Below, piece after piece: positions 1 through 10,257 of a stretch of DNA of 64,000 nucleotides (positions within the stretch are counted from its first letter, which is position 1; every line of letters begins with the position of its first letter). Under the pieces are notes generated by a model. It saw only the letters and a list, made by a program, of their open reading frames with translations. It ran no database searches and was not told the origin of the DNA. This DNA is from an uncultured bacterium (GTDB lineage Bacteria; Chloroflexota; UBA5177; JANWHV01), in the NCBI GenBank assembly GCA_963729625.1, contig CAVSOU010000010.1, positions 864,001 through 928,000 on the forward strand, in the 5' to 3' direction. A program made the position numbers and the translations under genes.

Positions 1-707
1 CCTTCGACAAAGACAACACGCGCGAGCTTGTCTATCGCCTGCCATTTGCCGACTTCGGAGCGCTGCTCGACCCGCCGACTGAAGACGTCACCGCGCACGT
101 GCTCGAGATGCTTGCCCACGTCAACACACCAGAAAGAGATGCGATCGTGCGGAGCGCGCTGACGTACCTCCATCAGACCCAGCGCGCCGACGGCTCATGG
201 TTCGGGCGCTGGGGCGTCAACTACATTTACGGCACCTGGTGTGTGATGACTGCTCTCGCGGCGTTGCAGAATTCAGGCAGCCGATCGGCAGCCGGGCCAG
301 CGGAGGTGCGTCGTGGACACGCCGTCCCTGCTGCCGGGCGCGTGACCGGCGCCGGCGTACAGCGCATGATCGACCGTGGAGCCGCCTGGATGTTGTCGCA
401 TCAGAACGACGACGGCGGTTGGGGCGAATCATGCTACTCGTACGCCGACCCGTCGTTTGCGGGCATCGGCACAAGTACTCCGTCACAGACTGCTTGGGCC
501 GTTCTCGCCCTGCAGGCAGCCGGACTTGGTGAGCACCCGGCGTGCACGCGCGGGCTGCAGTTTCTTAGGGACCGCCAGGTCGGCGGAACCTGGGACGAGC
601 CGCACTTCACCGGTACTGGCTTTCCCGGCGATTTCTACATCAACTATCACCTGTATCGTCACGTGTTCCCGCTCATGGCGCTCGCGAGCTGCACGTCCAG
701 CCGGTAG
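1..707 (+). CDS. shc: Squalene-hopene cyclase, C-terminal part (5' end outside window)
   Basis: The frame is open from the window start (FDKDNT..LPFADFGALLDPPTEDVTAHVLE). QW repeats (QRADGSWFGRWGVNYIYGT, QNDDGGWGE), STPSQTAWA and the C-terminal FTGTGFPGDFYINYHLYRHVFP are present. Confidence 0.95.
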   Translation, partial: FDKDNTRELVYRLPFADFGALLDPPTEDVTAHVLEMLAHVNTPERDAIVRSALTYLHQTQRADGSWFGRWGVNYIYGTWCVMTALAALQNSGSRSAAGPAEVRRGHAVPAAGRVTGAGVQRMIDRGAAWMLSHQNDDGGWGESCYSYADPSFAGIGTSTPSQTAWAVLALQAAGLGEHPACTRGLQFLRDRQVGGTWDEPHFTGTGFPGDFYINYHLYRHVFPLMALASCTSSR

Positions 708-1330
708 CTGTTCGGGTTCCTGCCCGAGTCAGGTGAATTGTCCCTTTCACGATGTCCAGCGCCTCGGCCATAGCCGTTTCCAGCGGCATAGCGCGCCCCG
801 CGGCCCATGCCGACTGTGAACCCGCCGTACCCGATTCAGCGCGCGCAGCGCCCGTATGTGCGCTACTGAGGATGGTGCCGTGGTCGCCCACGGCCAGGCA
901 GGTGCAGCCCTCCGGCAGGCAGGTCACGCCATGCAGAGTCCAGGTCGTGACCGAGGAGCCAAGCCGCCATGTGGCGCTGCAGTCCGCGCTCACGCCGATG
1001 GTGCCTTGCTGGCCCACTTTCACGCACGTCTGCGCATCTGGACATACGTGCCGTCGCGTGCGGCGGACGTGCCCGAGTGCTCAGCACTCCAGGACGTGCC
1101 TCGGTTGGCAGTGTGGAGGGCCATGCCGTCGCCGCCCACCGCCACGCACTGTCCGCCGGCTGGGCAGGCGATGCTCATCAGAGCGTGACACAACTCGGAG
1201 TATACGGCGTGCCGCCCTGCTCCGCTGAGAATCTGAACACCCTGGCTCACCAGCATGCGGCCGGTGCTGGGGCTGCCGGGCGGGCAGGCTGCGCCCCACA
1301 GCGTCGTGGACTTGCCCGTGCTGCCGGCCG
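673..1330 (-). pseudogene. Degraded YCF48/BNR-like beta-propeller repeat protein fragment
   Basis: Repeat units of the type L.gv.C....C.AVG..G.il.t..gg.tW occur in two frames (ALMSIACPAGGQCVAVGGDG..; VCPDAQTCVKVGQQGTI..; TLHGVTCLPEGCTCLAVGDHGTIL). The frames are joined by a frameshift near 1045, and there is no clear start. Confidence 0.6.
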
Positions 1331-1636
1331 TCCAGGACCGGCGCCGCTCGCGGGACCTGTGTCCCTCCCGTTCCGGACATCGCCGTGCTTCTATGCGCAA
1401 CGGCCAAGTTCGCGGGAAGCAGCGGCCTGCGGGAGCCCTCCCACAGGCCGCTGCATGGGATCTGGGCCGGCTGCGAGGCTACTGGCTACGCAGCTGGCGC
1501 GGCGACATCTCGTTCGCGGTTTGGTGGCGGGCTCCGTTCGTGAAAAGTGGCAGGTCCGCTGCACACATCACGCGGAACGCGGTCCGGATGTTGTCACGAT
1601 GCGGCCAGTCTGGCAGCTGTCACCACGCCATTGGTC

Positions 1637-2749
1637 TCAGCGTGGATCCGGATACGGCAGATCGAGGTGCAAGCGTTCCGCGAGGCCGGCAAGGACCATG
1701 GCGACTTCAAAGTCGAGGTTGACGCCGGCTGCAGTTGAGCGGACGGCGGCTCGATGCTCCTTCTCGCCCGCGACAAGAATCTCGACGCTCGGGTCTGCGT
1801 GCGGCGATGACTTGATGCGCTGCAGAAGGTCCGCCAGTCGCCGCTTGAAAGCGGAGGGCTCGTCGAAGGCACCGATGTTAATCGCCATGAAGAAGTGTCC
1901 AAGGTCGCTCGGTTCAGCGACCCACACGCCGTGTATAAGCGGCCCGTAGAGGGAACCGGGCAGAATCGCCGACAAGATCTCCACTACCGCGCCCAGCCCG
2001 TACCCCTTATAGCCCGACGTTATACTGGGTCCGCCAAGCGGCAGAAGCCCGCCCTCCAGTCCCTCCTCCGGGGAGATTGTCGGTCGCCCGTGCTTGTCGA
2101 GTGCCCAACTCTCGGCCAGCTTCTGGCGCCTCCGCTTGGCGACTTCGAGTCGTCCTCGAGGCACGACGGAGGTAGCCATATCCAGCACAAATGCGGGCAT
2201 GCCCTCAACGGGCGCCGCGAACGCTATCGGGTTCGTGCCAAGCTGCGCCGCCTTGCCGCCGGTGGGCACCACGAGCGGGTGGCTGTTCGTGAGCGAGATT
2301 CCGATCTGGTCGTGTTCCAGGGCCATCATCGCATAGTAGCCCGCTATCCCGTAGTGGTTGGAATGGCGAACGGTGACCATGCCGAGGTCGTGCACCGCGG
2401 CCTTCTTGATCGCCATCTCCATGGCCCTGACACCTGCGGGATGGCCCATGCCATTGCGTGCATCGATTACCGCCGTGCTCGCGGTCTCTCGCACTACCGC
2501 GCACCTTGCCCGGGGATCGATGCCGCCTTCGTCTATCATAGTGACGTACCAGCCAATCCGCGCAACACCATGCGACGCGATGCCGCGCGCATCGGCCGCG
2601 ACCAGGACACTGGCCGTGGTTTCCGCGTCGGCTGCGTCGAGACCGACTGCCGTCAGGATAGCTGCTGCCAGCGCCCGCAGAGCCGGAACTTCCACCCGGA
2701 TATTGGCACTGCCGTTGCTATCCATTGCCACATCGTCCGACGTTGCCAC
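1637..2749 (-). CDS. Ldh_2 family oxidoreductase (malate/L-sulfolactate/ureidoglycolate dehydrogenase-like)
   Basis: Motifs ADARGIASHG, HSNHYG, LGTNPIAF, LDMATS, GYKGYGL. Confidence 0.9.
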   Translation of the reverse strand: MATSDDVAMDSNGSANIRVEVPALRALAAAILTAVGLDAADAETTASVLVAADARGIASHGVARIGWYVTMIDEGGIDPRARCAVVRETASTAVIDARNGMGHPAGVRAMEMAIKKAAVHDLGMVTVRHSNHYGIAGYYAMMALEHDQIGISLTNSHPLVVPTGGKAAQLGTNPIAFAAPVEGMPAFVLDMATSVVPRGRLEVAKRRRQKLAESWALDKHGRPTISPEEGLEGGLLPLGGPSITSGYKGYGLGAVVEILSAILPGSLYGPLIHGVWVAEPSDLGHFFMAINIGAFDEPSAFKRRLADLLQRIKSSPHADPSVEILVAGEKEHRAAVRSTAAGVNLDFEVAMVLAGLAERLHLDLPYPDPR

Positions 2750-3003
2750 AAGGCCTCACTGTCTCACTTGCGGCCCGCGAATCCTGGGGCCGGCGCATTC
2801 AACACGATTTGGGCGTGAACGCCAGGGAATCTTCTGGACACGCTCAGGATACAGGCGCGTGGCACGGGCGTGCTGGCCCGTTGCCTCCAAAGTACCCGAC
2901 TAATGGCAGTTCTCGGCGATAGTCAGCGACCTTGGGCCCTCGGACTTCCGCGCAACCGGGCATCGCGGGTAGAATCTGGTGCAGGGGGCTGGTAGCAAAG
3001 CGG

Positions 3004-5061
3004 ATGGTCAAACCGTTCTTCTCACTGTATTCGCATGGATTCGTCCGCGTGGCGGTGTGTATTCCACGCGTACGGGCGGGCGATCCGGCCGTCAATGCAG
3101 AGCGCACGATCGCGCTTGCGGGCCGCGCTTCAGCTGCCTCTTCGGCACTCGCGGTGTTTCCAGAGCTCGGCATCTCGGCCTATGCCATAGACGATTTGCT
3201 GCAGCAGGATGCGCTGCTCGATGGTGTTGAACACGGCTTGCGGAGCATCGTGGAAGCAAGTTCAAGCTTGACGCCCATGCTGCTGGTCGGCGCTCCCCTG
3301 CGCTTCGAGCACAAGTTGTTTGATTGCGCCGTCGCCATCTATCGTGGAGACATCCTCGGCGTGGTGCCGAAGACGTACCTGCCAAACTATCGCGAGTTCT
3401 ACGAGAAACGGCAGTTTTCCGCAAGCCGTAATGCGCTCGGCACCGAGATCTCGCTGCTTGGCCGGCGAGCCCCGTTTGGCAACGACCTCATCTTTACGGC
3501 CGGCACGGTTCCTGGTTTCGCAGTGCATGCGGAGATATGCGAGGACGTCTGGACACCGATTCCGCCCAGCACGTATGCCGCGCTCGCGGGCGCAACGGTG
3601 CTTGCCAACCTGTCAGCCAGCAATGTCACGATTGGCAAGTCGGGCTATCGCCACACCCTGTGCGCATCGCAGTCCGGTCGCTGTGTCGCCGCATATCTGT
3701 ATGCTGCCGCCGGTCTGGGAGAATCGACCACCGATCTGGCGTGGGATGGGCAGGCGTTGATCTACGAGAACGGCGAGCTGCTGGCCGAGGCTCCCCGTTT
3801 TTCCGAGCAGGATCAGGTGATCGTGTCGGATGTAGATCTCGATCGCCTGCGCCAGGAGAGAATGCGTCTCACCAGCTACGCCGACACGACAGCCGACCAT
3901 CGGGGCCGTCTCCGCCAGATGCGCACGGTCGAGTTTCCGTTCGAAGTGCCGTCAGGCGAGATCGGCCTTATCCGTCCTGTCGAGCGCTTCCCCTATGTGC
4001 CGTCGGGCGCGGCGGCGCGTGACGAGCGCGCGTACGAAGCCTACAATATACAGGTTCACGGCCTCATGACCCGCCTCCAGAGCACGGGAATCAAGACTGT
4101 AGTGATCGGCGTTTCCGGCGGCCTCGACTCGACCCAAGCGCTGCTCGTCGCCACGCAGACAATGGATCGGCTGAGACTGCCGCGCACGAACGTGCTGGCC
4201 TTTTCGATGCCCGGCTTTGCCACGAGTACCCTCACCCGGAGTAATTCGCTTGCGCTGATGTCCGCGCTTGGTGTAAGTGCGTCCGAAATCGACATCCGCC
4301 CGTCGTGCATGCAGATGCTGCGCGACCTCGGCCATGCATTCGCTGACGGCAGGCCGCTTTATGACATAACGTTTGAGAACGTGCAGGCTGGCGAACGGAC
4401 GAGCCACCTGTTCCGCCTCGCGAACCAGCACGGCGCGCTGGTTGTGGGCACCGGCGACCTGAGTGAGCTGGGGCTGGGTTGGGCGACCTACGGTGTAGGC
4501 GATCAAATGTCGCACTACAACGTCAATGTCTCCGTGCCCAAGACGCTCATCCAGTATCTCATACGCTGGGTGATCGCCAGCGGCCAATTCAATGCCGACA
4601 CTAACGCCATTCTCGAAGCAATTCTCGGCACCGAGATCTCACCCGAGCTCGTGCCGCACGCGGATGGCGACCGCGACAGGCCCGCGCAAAGCACGGAGGA
4701 AACGATCGGTCCATACGAGCTTCAGGATTTCAGCCTCTATTACATCACGCGCTTTGGCTTCCGCCCGTCGAAGGTGGCCTTCCTGGCGCGCACCGCCTGG
4801 AGCGACGTCACATGCGGCCACTGGCCGGAGGGATATCCGGCGGATCAGCGGCGAGAGTACGACCTGAAGGCAATCGTCCACTGGCTGGAAGTGTTTCTGT
4901 ACCGGTTCTTCGCGATCAGCCAGTTCAAGCGCTCCGCCATTCCAAATGGCCCGAAAGTTGGATCCGGCGGCTCGCTTTCACCTCGAGGCGACTGGCGCGC
5001 GCCGAGCGACGGCGATGCCGCGGCGTGGCTGGCTGAGCTTCGGAACAACGTGCCGGTGTAG
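3004..5061 (+). CDS. nadE: Glutamine-dependent NAD+ synthetase
   Basis: N-terminal nitrilase domain ([25 protein letters not shown]) and synthetase domain ([33 protein letters not shown]). Start placed at the ATG of MVKPFFSLY. Confidence 0.95.
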   Translation: MVKPFFSLYSHGFVRVAVCIPRVRAGDPAVNAERTIALAGRASAASSALAVFPELGISAYAIDDLLQQDALLDGVEHGLRSIVEASSSLTPMLLVGAPLRFEHKLFDCAVAIYRGDILGVVPKTYLPNYREFYEKRQFSASRNALGTEISLLGRRAPFGNDLIFTAGTVPGFAVHAEICEDVWTPIPPSTYAALAGATVLANLSASNVTIGKSGYRHTLCASQSGRCVAAYLYAAAGLGESTTDLAWDGQALIYENGELLAEAPRFSEQDQVIVSDVDLDRLRQERMRLTSYADTTADHRGRLRQMRTVEFPFEVPSGEIGLIRPVERFPYVPSGAAARDERAYEAYNIQVHGLMTRLQSTGIKTVVIGVSGGLDSTQALLVATQTMDRLRLPRTNVLAFSMPGFATSTLTRSNSLALMSALGVSASEIDIRPSCMQMLRDLGHAFADGRPLYDITFENVQAGERTSHLFRLANQHGALVVGTGDLSELGLGWATYGVGDQMSHYNVNVSVPKTLIQYLIRWVIASGQFNADTNAILEAILGTEISPELVPHADGDRDRPAQSTEETIGPYELQDFSLYYITRFGFRPSKVAFLARTAWSDVTCGHWPEGYPADQRREYDLKAIVHWLEVFLYRFFAISQFKRSAIPNGPKVGSGGSLSPRGDWRAPSDGDAAAWLAELRNNVPV

Positions 5062-5125
5062 ACGTCGTGCCGTCGGGACGACCGCGCCACCAGATCTACC
5101 GGCTCTCCGCCGAAGTTCGGCGACT

Positions 5126-6421
5126 ATGAAACGCACGCGTTACTCGGCCGACCAAGCAACACCAGAACGCAACGCTCCGGCAAGGGAGCGCGACCTGTGG
5201 CAGATCTGGGAGGAGCGGCGTCTGCCTGTGGCGCTTCGCACGCGGGACGGGCAGGACTTGCGCGTGCTGTTTCCCGGTGTCGCCAACACAGATGCGGGGC
5301 CGGACTTCGTCGGAGCATTTCTCGCCCTTGACAACGCCTCCCCCCAACGGGGCGATGTTGAGCTGCACCTGCGGGCCGTGTCGTGGGAGCGCCATGGGCA
5401 TCATCAGGACACCCGGTACGATCGCGTGATCCTGCATGTGGTGCTGCTGGACGATGGAGGACCCGCGCGTACGAGCGCCGGTGTACCCATCCCGCTTCTG
5501 ACGCTCGGCCCGATTCTGGCCCAAGGGTGGGAGGCCGGCGCACAGTCGGTCCAACCGGGTTCATGCCACCGTCTCGCTGCGGATCGCGCGTCCGTGCCAG
5601 GACTGGCGACCACCCTGTTGCTGGCCGGGATGGAGCGATTCGATCATCGCGTTACTTCCTGGCAAACCGCGCTGCAGACCAGGAGCCTTGAAGACTGCGT
5701 GTTGCTTGCCCTGTTGCGCAGTGCCGGCCTTGGCAGAAACGAGGCGCCGTGCGCGGCACTTGCCGCGGCTCTGGACGGTGTGACCTTGGAGGCGATACTG
5801 GTAACGGGCGGGCAGCGTGCCACGGCCACCGCCGCAGCCGTATTGCTGGGAATGGCTGGGTTGCTCGAGCTCGCCCATGCGGACCAGGAGACCCGCGATC
5901 TTTGGCTTGCACACCAGGAATTCTGGCCCGGCCGCCCTCTCTCCGCTCGAGCCTGGCGGCGGTTCCGCGTCAGACCCGCAAACTTCCCGGAGTCCCGCCT
6001 CCGGCTTGTCGCCGCGCTTGCCGGCCGGGCCGGTCTACAGCAGTTCCTTGCAGATGTCGTGGACATGATTCGCGCCGTGCCGGCGCCGTCGTGCGGGGAC
6101 TGGATGGCGATGTTCAACACGGAGAATCAGACGGCCGGGCGGTCGTGGACCCTCGAGGCACTGGCCAGCGTCTGGCTTCCGCTGGCTACTGCTTATGCCC
6201 GAGATCGGCAACTGGGCGAGCTGGCTGAGCGAGCCGTTCTCACTTATGTAAACTTCGCGGGAGGCGGCGACAACGCGGTGCTGGATCGCATGGCGCGCAT
6301 CGCCGGTTTACACGCTGTGCCACGCCGCGCAGTCGAACAACAGGGACTGCTCCACCTGTGGAGCACACATTGCAGCAGACAGCAGTGTGAAACGTGTCCG
6401 CTTGCCGCCGATCGGCTGTGA
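5126..6421 (+). CDS. DUF2851 family protein
   Basis: PG.N.DAGPDF, GDVELH, W..HGH..D..Y..VILHVV, RPANFPE.RL, QGLLH and a C-terminal C-x4-CxxC. Confidence 0.8.
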   Translation: MKRTRYSADQATPERNAPARERDLWQIWEERRLPVALRTRDGQDLRVLFPGVANTDAGPDFVGAFLALDNASPQRGDVELHLRAVSWERHGHHQDTRYDRVILHVVLLDDGGPARTSAGVPIPLLTLGPILAQGWEAGAQSVQPGSCHRLAADRASVPGLATTLLLAGMERFDHRVTSWQTALQTRSLEDCVLLALLRSAGLGRNEAPCAALAAALDGVTLEAILVTGGQRATATAAAVLLGMAGLLELAHADQETRDLWLAHQEFWPGRPLSARAWRRFRVRPANFPESRLRLVAALAGRAGLQQFLADVVDMIRAVPAPSCGDWMAMFNTENQTAGRSWTLEALASVWLPLATAYARDRQLGELAERAVLTYVNFAGGGDNAVLDRMARIAGLHAVPRRAVEQQGLLHLWSTHCSRQQCETCPLAADRL

Positions 6422-6424
6422 AGC

Positions 6425-6679
6425 TCAGATGCCGCCACGATCGCGGAAGAACTCCACGACTTGCGCGCGTTCTTCTTCGCTGGCCATCACCTCTATGAAC
6501 TGCACGCGGTGCATGGGGTAGATCATGCTGGACATCCCCTGGCTGGCGTAACGCAACGGCCTGCCCTCACGCGTCCGGGGATTGAAGACTTCCACGAATG
6601 TATCCGAAGACTTCGGAAGTTCGATCATCTCGGCGAGGAACGGATCTTCTCCCGACATGTGGGCAACAATGGTTCTCAT
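6425..6679 (-). CDS. Small hypothetical protein (84 aa)
   Basis: Normal globular composition. GAGG RBS upstream, and it follows the kinase gene on the same strand. Confidence 0.7.
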   Translation of the reverse strand: MRTIVAHMSGEDPFLAEMIELPKSSDTFVEVFNPRTREGRPLRYASQGMSSMIYPMHRVQFIEVMASEEERAQVVEFFRDRGGI

Positions 6680-6707
6680 CGTATCCTCTCAAACAGTATG
6701 GGGCCGC

Positions 6708-8621
6708 TCAGTCTACGGAGACCGCGTAGAGCCACGAATCGGTTGCGCCAAAATAGATAGTGCGCTCATGCAGAATAGGCGAGCCGGGGATCATGCCGCC
6801 AGCGCGGTACCGCCAGGCAAGACGTCCAGAGCGCGCGTTGAGGCAGTACAGGTTCTGGTCGATACTGGTGAAGAAGAGCAGGTCTCCTGAGATCAGCGGC
6901 GTTGAGCTGATCTGCCCGCCGGCTTGAAATTTCCAGGCAAGCTTTCCCGTCTTCAGGTCAATCGCGTAGAGATTCTGGTCGGTTGACCCGATGTACACGA
7001 GGCCGTGCTGGCTCTTGGGACCGCCGAGGATGTAGTGCGCAGTCTTGTACCGCCAGATCTGCCAGCCCAACTCCGCATCGAAGCAGTACACGTGACCGTC
7101 CATACTGCCAATCAGCACGCACTTGTCGACAACGACGGGAGAGCTTGTAATCTCTCTGAGCGTCTGAAACTTCCACTTCATCACGCCCGAAACAGCTTCG
7201 ACGCCATAGACCGAGCAGTCCTCGGAGCCGATGTAGATCATTTGCTCGTATACGCTTGGAGTGCAGCGCAACGGCTTCCACGTTCGATAACGCCATAGCT
7301 CGTACCCGGTCTGCAGGTCGAGTGCGTACAAATGGCCGTCGTCGGAGCCTATGTAGCACGTGGTATCCGTCAAGCGCGGCGAAGAGCGCACCCTCGACTT
7401 CGTCTGGAACAGCCACTGCACAGCATGCTGTGCCACGTTGAGCGCGTACACGTTGTTGTCCTCGGAACCGAACACGACCAGGTCGCCCGCGCCGGCAGGC
7501 GTCGAACAAATGCCGCCCTCTGTGGCGAACTTCCAGCGCAACGCTCCCGTGGCCGGATCGAGAGCGTAGAGGTTCTGGTCATATGTGCCCACATAGAGCA
7601 TGTTGTCATGAACGAGAGGCGTAGATCTGATCTCATCCTCTGCCATGAACTTCCAGCGCAGCCGCGGTTGCCCATCTCCGGTAGCGCCACTGCCTCCCGG
7701 GCCCCCTACCGTCCCGGTCATCAGGTGGGTGCCGATCCGCTGCCTGGTCATACACGTCTCTATAGCCGAGCGCATTTCCTCGGCAGTAGCAAACCGATCT
7801 TCAGGTAGATAAGCAAGCGCGCGCAGAATCAGCGCTTCCACGTGCCTTGAGACGGTCGGATTGATCTTGGTCGGGGGCCGCTCCGCGAACGTAAATGGCG
7901 CCTCCAGCCTCGGATCGATGCGCGTGAGCATATGGTGCATCAGAGCTCCAAGAGAATAGAGGTCGCCGCGGGGTTCCGACATGCCGCGATACTGCTCAGG
8001 CGGGCAGTACCCTTCGGTACCGATCATTGTGCCCTTGCTCTTCGACTGAAAAGCTTTGGCAATGCCGAAGTCGATCAATACGATGCGATTGTCGTCGGTC
8101 AGCATGACGTTGGACGGCTTCAGGTCTCGGAACACGATCGGCAACGGCTTGTGGTTGTGCAGGTAAGCGAGTACGTCGACGATCTGCAGCGCATATTCAA
8201 GTACCGTCTCTTGTGGAATCAGATCCTCGCTCGCGTTCAGCACAGTTTCGAGGTCGTTGCCCTTAATGAATTCGAGGACCAGGTAGACTTGACTTCCCTG
8301 AGTGAAGTAGTCGTACACCTTGGGGATAGCCGGGTGACTCAGGCCCGCCAGGAGATTGGCTTCGCGCTCAAATGTCTGCAGGAGTTGCGCGCGATCCGCT
8401 TTTCCCTGCGACGTGTCGCTCATCTCCTTGACGGCGCAAGGTTTGAATGTGTTCGCGAAACGCATGTCGCGCGCCGCATACACAGTGCTCATGCCGCCAA
8501 GACCGACAACTTGCGTTATCTGATACCTCTTGGCAAGCACCGTACCTTTCGGCAGGGTCGTGCGGCCGCTACCGGATCCGACACGGGCCTCTGAAGCGCT
8601 CTCAGGCTGCTCCGTCTGCAC
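6708..8621 (-). CDS. Hanks-type Ser/Thr protein kinase with C-terminal PQQ/BamB-like beta-propeller repeats (AfsK-like)
   Basis: GLGGMSTVY, AVKE, FRDLKPSN, DFG, GTEGYCPPEQ, followed by about 8 W[KR]F..G...SSP......Y.GS.D..LYA repeats. Confidence 0.93.
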   Translation of the reverse strand: MQTEQPESASEARVGSGSGRTTLPKGTVLAKRYQITQVVGLGGMSTVYAARDMRFANTFKPCAVKEMSDTSQGKADRAQLLQTFEREANLLAGLSHPAIPKVYDYFTQGSQVYLVLEFIKGNDLETVLNASEDLIPQETVLEYALQIVDVLAYLHNHKPLPIVFRDLKPSNVMLTDDNRIVLIDFGIAKAFQSKSKGTMIGTEGYCPPEQYRGMSEPRGDLYSLGALMHHMLTRIDPRLEAPFTFAERPPTKINPTVSRHVEALILRALAYLPEDRFATAEEMRSAIETCMTRQRIGTHLMTGTVGGPGGSGATGDGQPRLRWKFMAEDEIRSTPLVHDNMLYVGTYDQNLYALDPATGALRWKFATEGGICSTPAGAGDLVVFGSEDNNVYALNVAQHAVQWLFQTKSRVRSSPRLTDTTCYIGSDDGHLYALDLQTGYELWRYRTWKPLRCTPSVYEQMIYIGSEDCSVYGVEAVSGVMKWKFQTLREITSSPVVVDKCVLIGSMDGHVYCFDAELGWQIWRYKTAHYILGGPKSQHGLVYIGSTDQNLYAIDLKTGKLAWKFQAGGQISSTPLISGDLLFFTSIDQNLYCLNARSGRLAWRYRAGGMIPGSPILHERTIYFGATDSWLYAVSVD

Positions 8622-8950
8622 CTACGATATCCTCAACCACTCAGCCGCCTTCACGAGAGCCGTTGCACCCGTCCGCGCGCACCGTCGCCGGGCGTGGGAG
8701 TGAAGCGCGACAGCGTGTTTGAAAACCCGCGGTGACCACCTCATTGCCGTGCTCCCTTGCGGACCCAGTTCAGTATCCCAGCTAAAGCGAGATCTGTCAT
8801 TGGCCAGTCTGGTTTCGGGCAATGCGCGCGCGTCAGGCGGTCGGGATACCGGCACGTCGACCAGGATGGATGGTAAACGCCACCACGCCCGAGTCGCCGC
8901 CATGAGATCTTGAGCGCGACAGGCACCAGAACGCGCTTCATCCACAAGTG

Positions 8951-9024
8951 TGGGCGAAACAGGGCTCGAACCTGTGACCTTCCGGGTGTAAACCGGACGC
9001 TCTAACCAACTGAGCTATTCGCCC
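8951..9024 (-). tRNA. tRNA-Val(TAC), CCA not encoded
   Basis: The reverse complement GGGCGAATAGCTCAGTTGGTTAGAGCGTCCGGTTTACACCCGGAAGGTCACAGGTTCGAGCCCTGTTTCGCCCA folds as a cloverleaf with a TAC anticodon and a GTTCGA T-loop. Confidence 0.97.
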
Positions 9025-9102
9025 GATCACGCTCAAGCAACGCCGTGGATGGCCGGCAAGCTCTTGCACGACTACCATTGCACACCTCGCCGGTACTAGC
9101 GG

Positions 9103-9131
9103 AGTATAGCATGGGCATTGCGCACCAGCAA
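9103..9131 (-). promoter_or_regulatory. Sigma70-type promoter of tRNA-Val
   Basis: Minus strand TTGCTG-17 bp-TATACT with extended -10 (TGc). Confidence 0.6.
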
Positions 9132-9375
9132 CACGATGTGGCGCCGCTACAACCGCCGTCCTCGCTGCAGAGAAGGGCCGCAGGGAGAGCAAGATGACGA
9201 CCAGACATCGCCCTTGGCGGCGCCGGCCTGCGCCCCGGCACGGTAGGTCTACGCGGCGCGCGGGGCGCATGTACAATGGTCGTGCGGCGCATTGACGCCG
9301 GGTGCTGCCGATGAGCGATGCACGACGCGCAAGCGCGGCAGGATCGGTCGGGTCGACTGGCGAGGAGGGCAGGCA

Positions 9376-10224
9376 ATGAAGTACGCAATCAACGTGCCTA
9401 TCTTCGGCGAGTACGGCGATGCGCGGCTTTTATGCAGTCTGGCGCGGGATGCGGAAAGCGCTGGGTGGGACGGCTTTTTTGTCTGGGATCATCTGCAGTT
9501 TTCCGACCCTCCGACGCGAATACCGTTCACCGACGCATGGGTCGCGCTTTCTGCTATCGCCGTGTCCACGCAGCGGCTGCGTATTGGGCCACTGATCACG
9601 CCCGTGGCGCGCCGTCGTCCCTGGAAGCTTGCTCGAGAAGCGGTGGCCCTTGACCACCTGTCCGGCGGTCGCCTGGTGTTGGGTGTCGGGCTCGGTGAGC
9701 CCCCGGTGGCGGATTTTGCCGCATTCGGCGAGGATCCCACCCCGAGCGTACGAGCAGGCAAGCTCGACGAAGGTCTTGATGTTCTAACAGGACTATGGTC
9801 CACTCAACCGTTCAGTCATGATGGCCGGTATTTTACGGTCCGTGATGCCATCTTTCTGCCCCCACCCCTGCAGCAGCCGCGAATCCCCATCTGGGTCGCA
9901 GGAACCTGGCCCAATCGCAAACCAATGCGGCGAGCCGCACGGTGGGACGGCGTTTTCCCCTTCATGGCCGGCGATTTCGCTCTACCGACGCCGGGCCAGC
10001 TGCACGACATCGTCGGCTATGTGATGGAACAGCGCACCGCCGAGGGTCCTTTCGACATCGTCTTGGCGGGCGACACCCCAGGAGACGACCCGGACGCGGC
10101 AGCCGATTTTGTGGCCTCCTACGCGGCGGAAGGACTCACATGGTGGCAAGAGGGGCTGAGCTCCCAGCGCGGACCGCTTTCCGCTATGCGCGCCCGAATT
10201 CTACAGGGTCCGCCACGATTCTAG
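9376..10224 (+). CDS. LLM-class flavin-dependent oxidoreductase
   Basis: AESAGWDGFFVWDH, RRRPWKLARE, LDHLSGGRLVLGVGLG, P.P.QQPRIPIWV; GGAGG RBS. Confidence 0.9.
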   Translation: MKYAINVPIFGEYGDARLLCSLARDAESAGWDGFFVWDHLQFSDPPTRIPFTDAWVALSAIAVSTQRLRIGPLITPVARRRPWKLAREAVALDHLSGGRLVLGVGLGEPPVADFAAFGEDPTPSVRAGKLDEGLDVLTGLWSTQPFSHDGRYFTVRDAIFLPPPLQQPRIPIWVAGTWPNRKPMRRAARWDGVFPFMAGDFALPTPGQLHDIVGYVMEQRTAEGPFDIVLAGDTPGDDPDAAADFVASYAAEGLTWWQEGLSSQRGPLSAMRARILQGPPRF

Positions 10225-10257
10225 ACCGGCAGTCCGCGACGTTGGCGTCGACTACGC

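Noticed and set aside
969-1949. 326-aa + strand ORF
   Set aside because: Arg/Ala/Pro-rich, antisense to the Ldh gene and the propeller relic; probably spurious.
6720-7660. Repetitive DNA in the kinase gene
   Set aside because: Protein-level PQQ-like repeats, not a CRISPR or tandem DNA array.
8622-8950. Possible integrated element at the tRNA-Val 3' end
   Set aside because: No integrase and no duplicated tRNA 3' end seen in the window.
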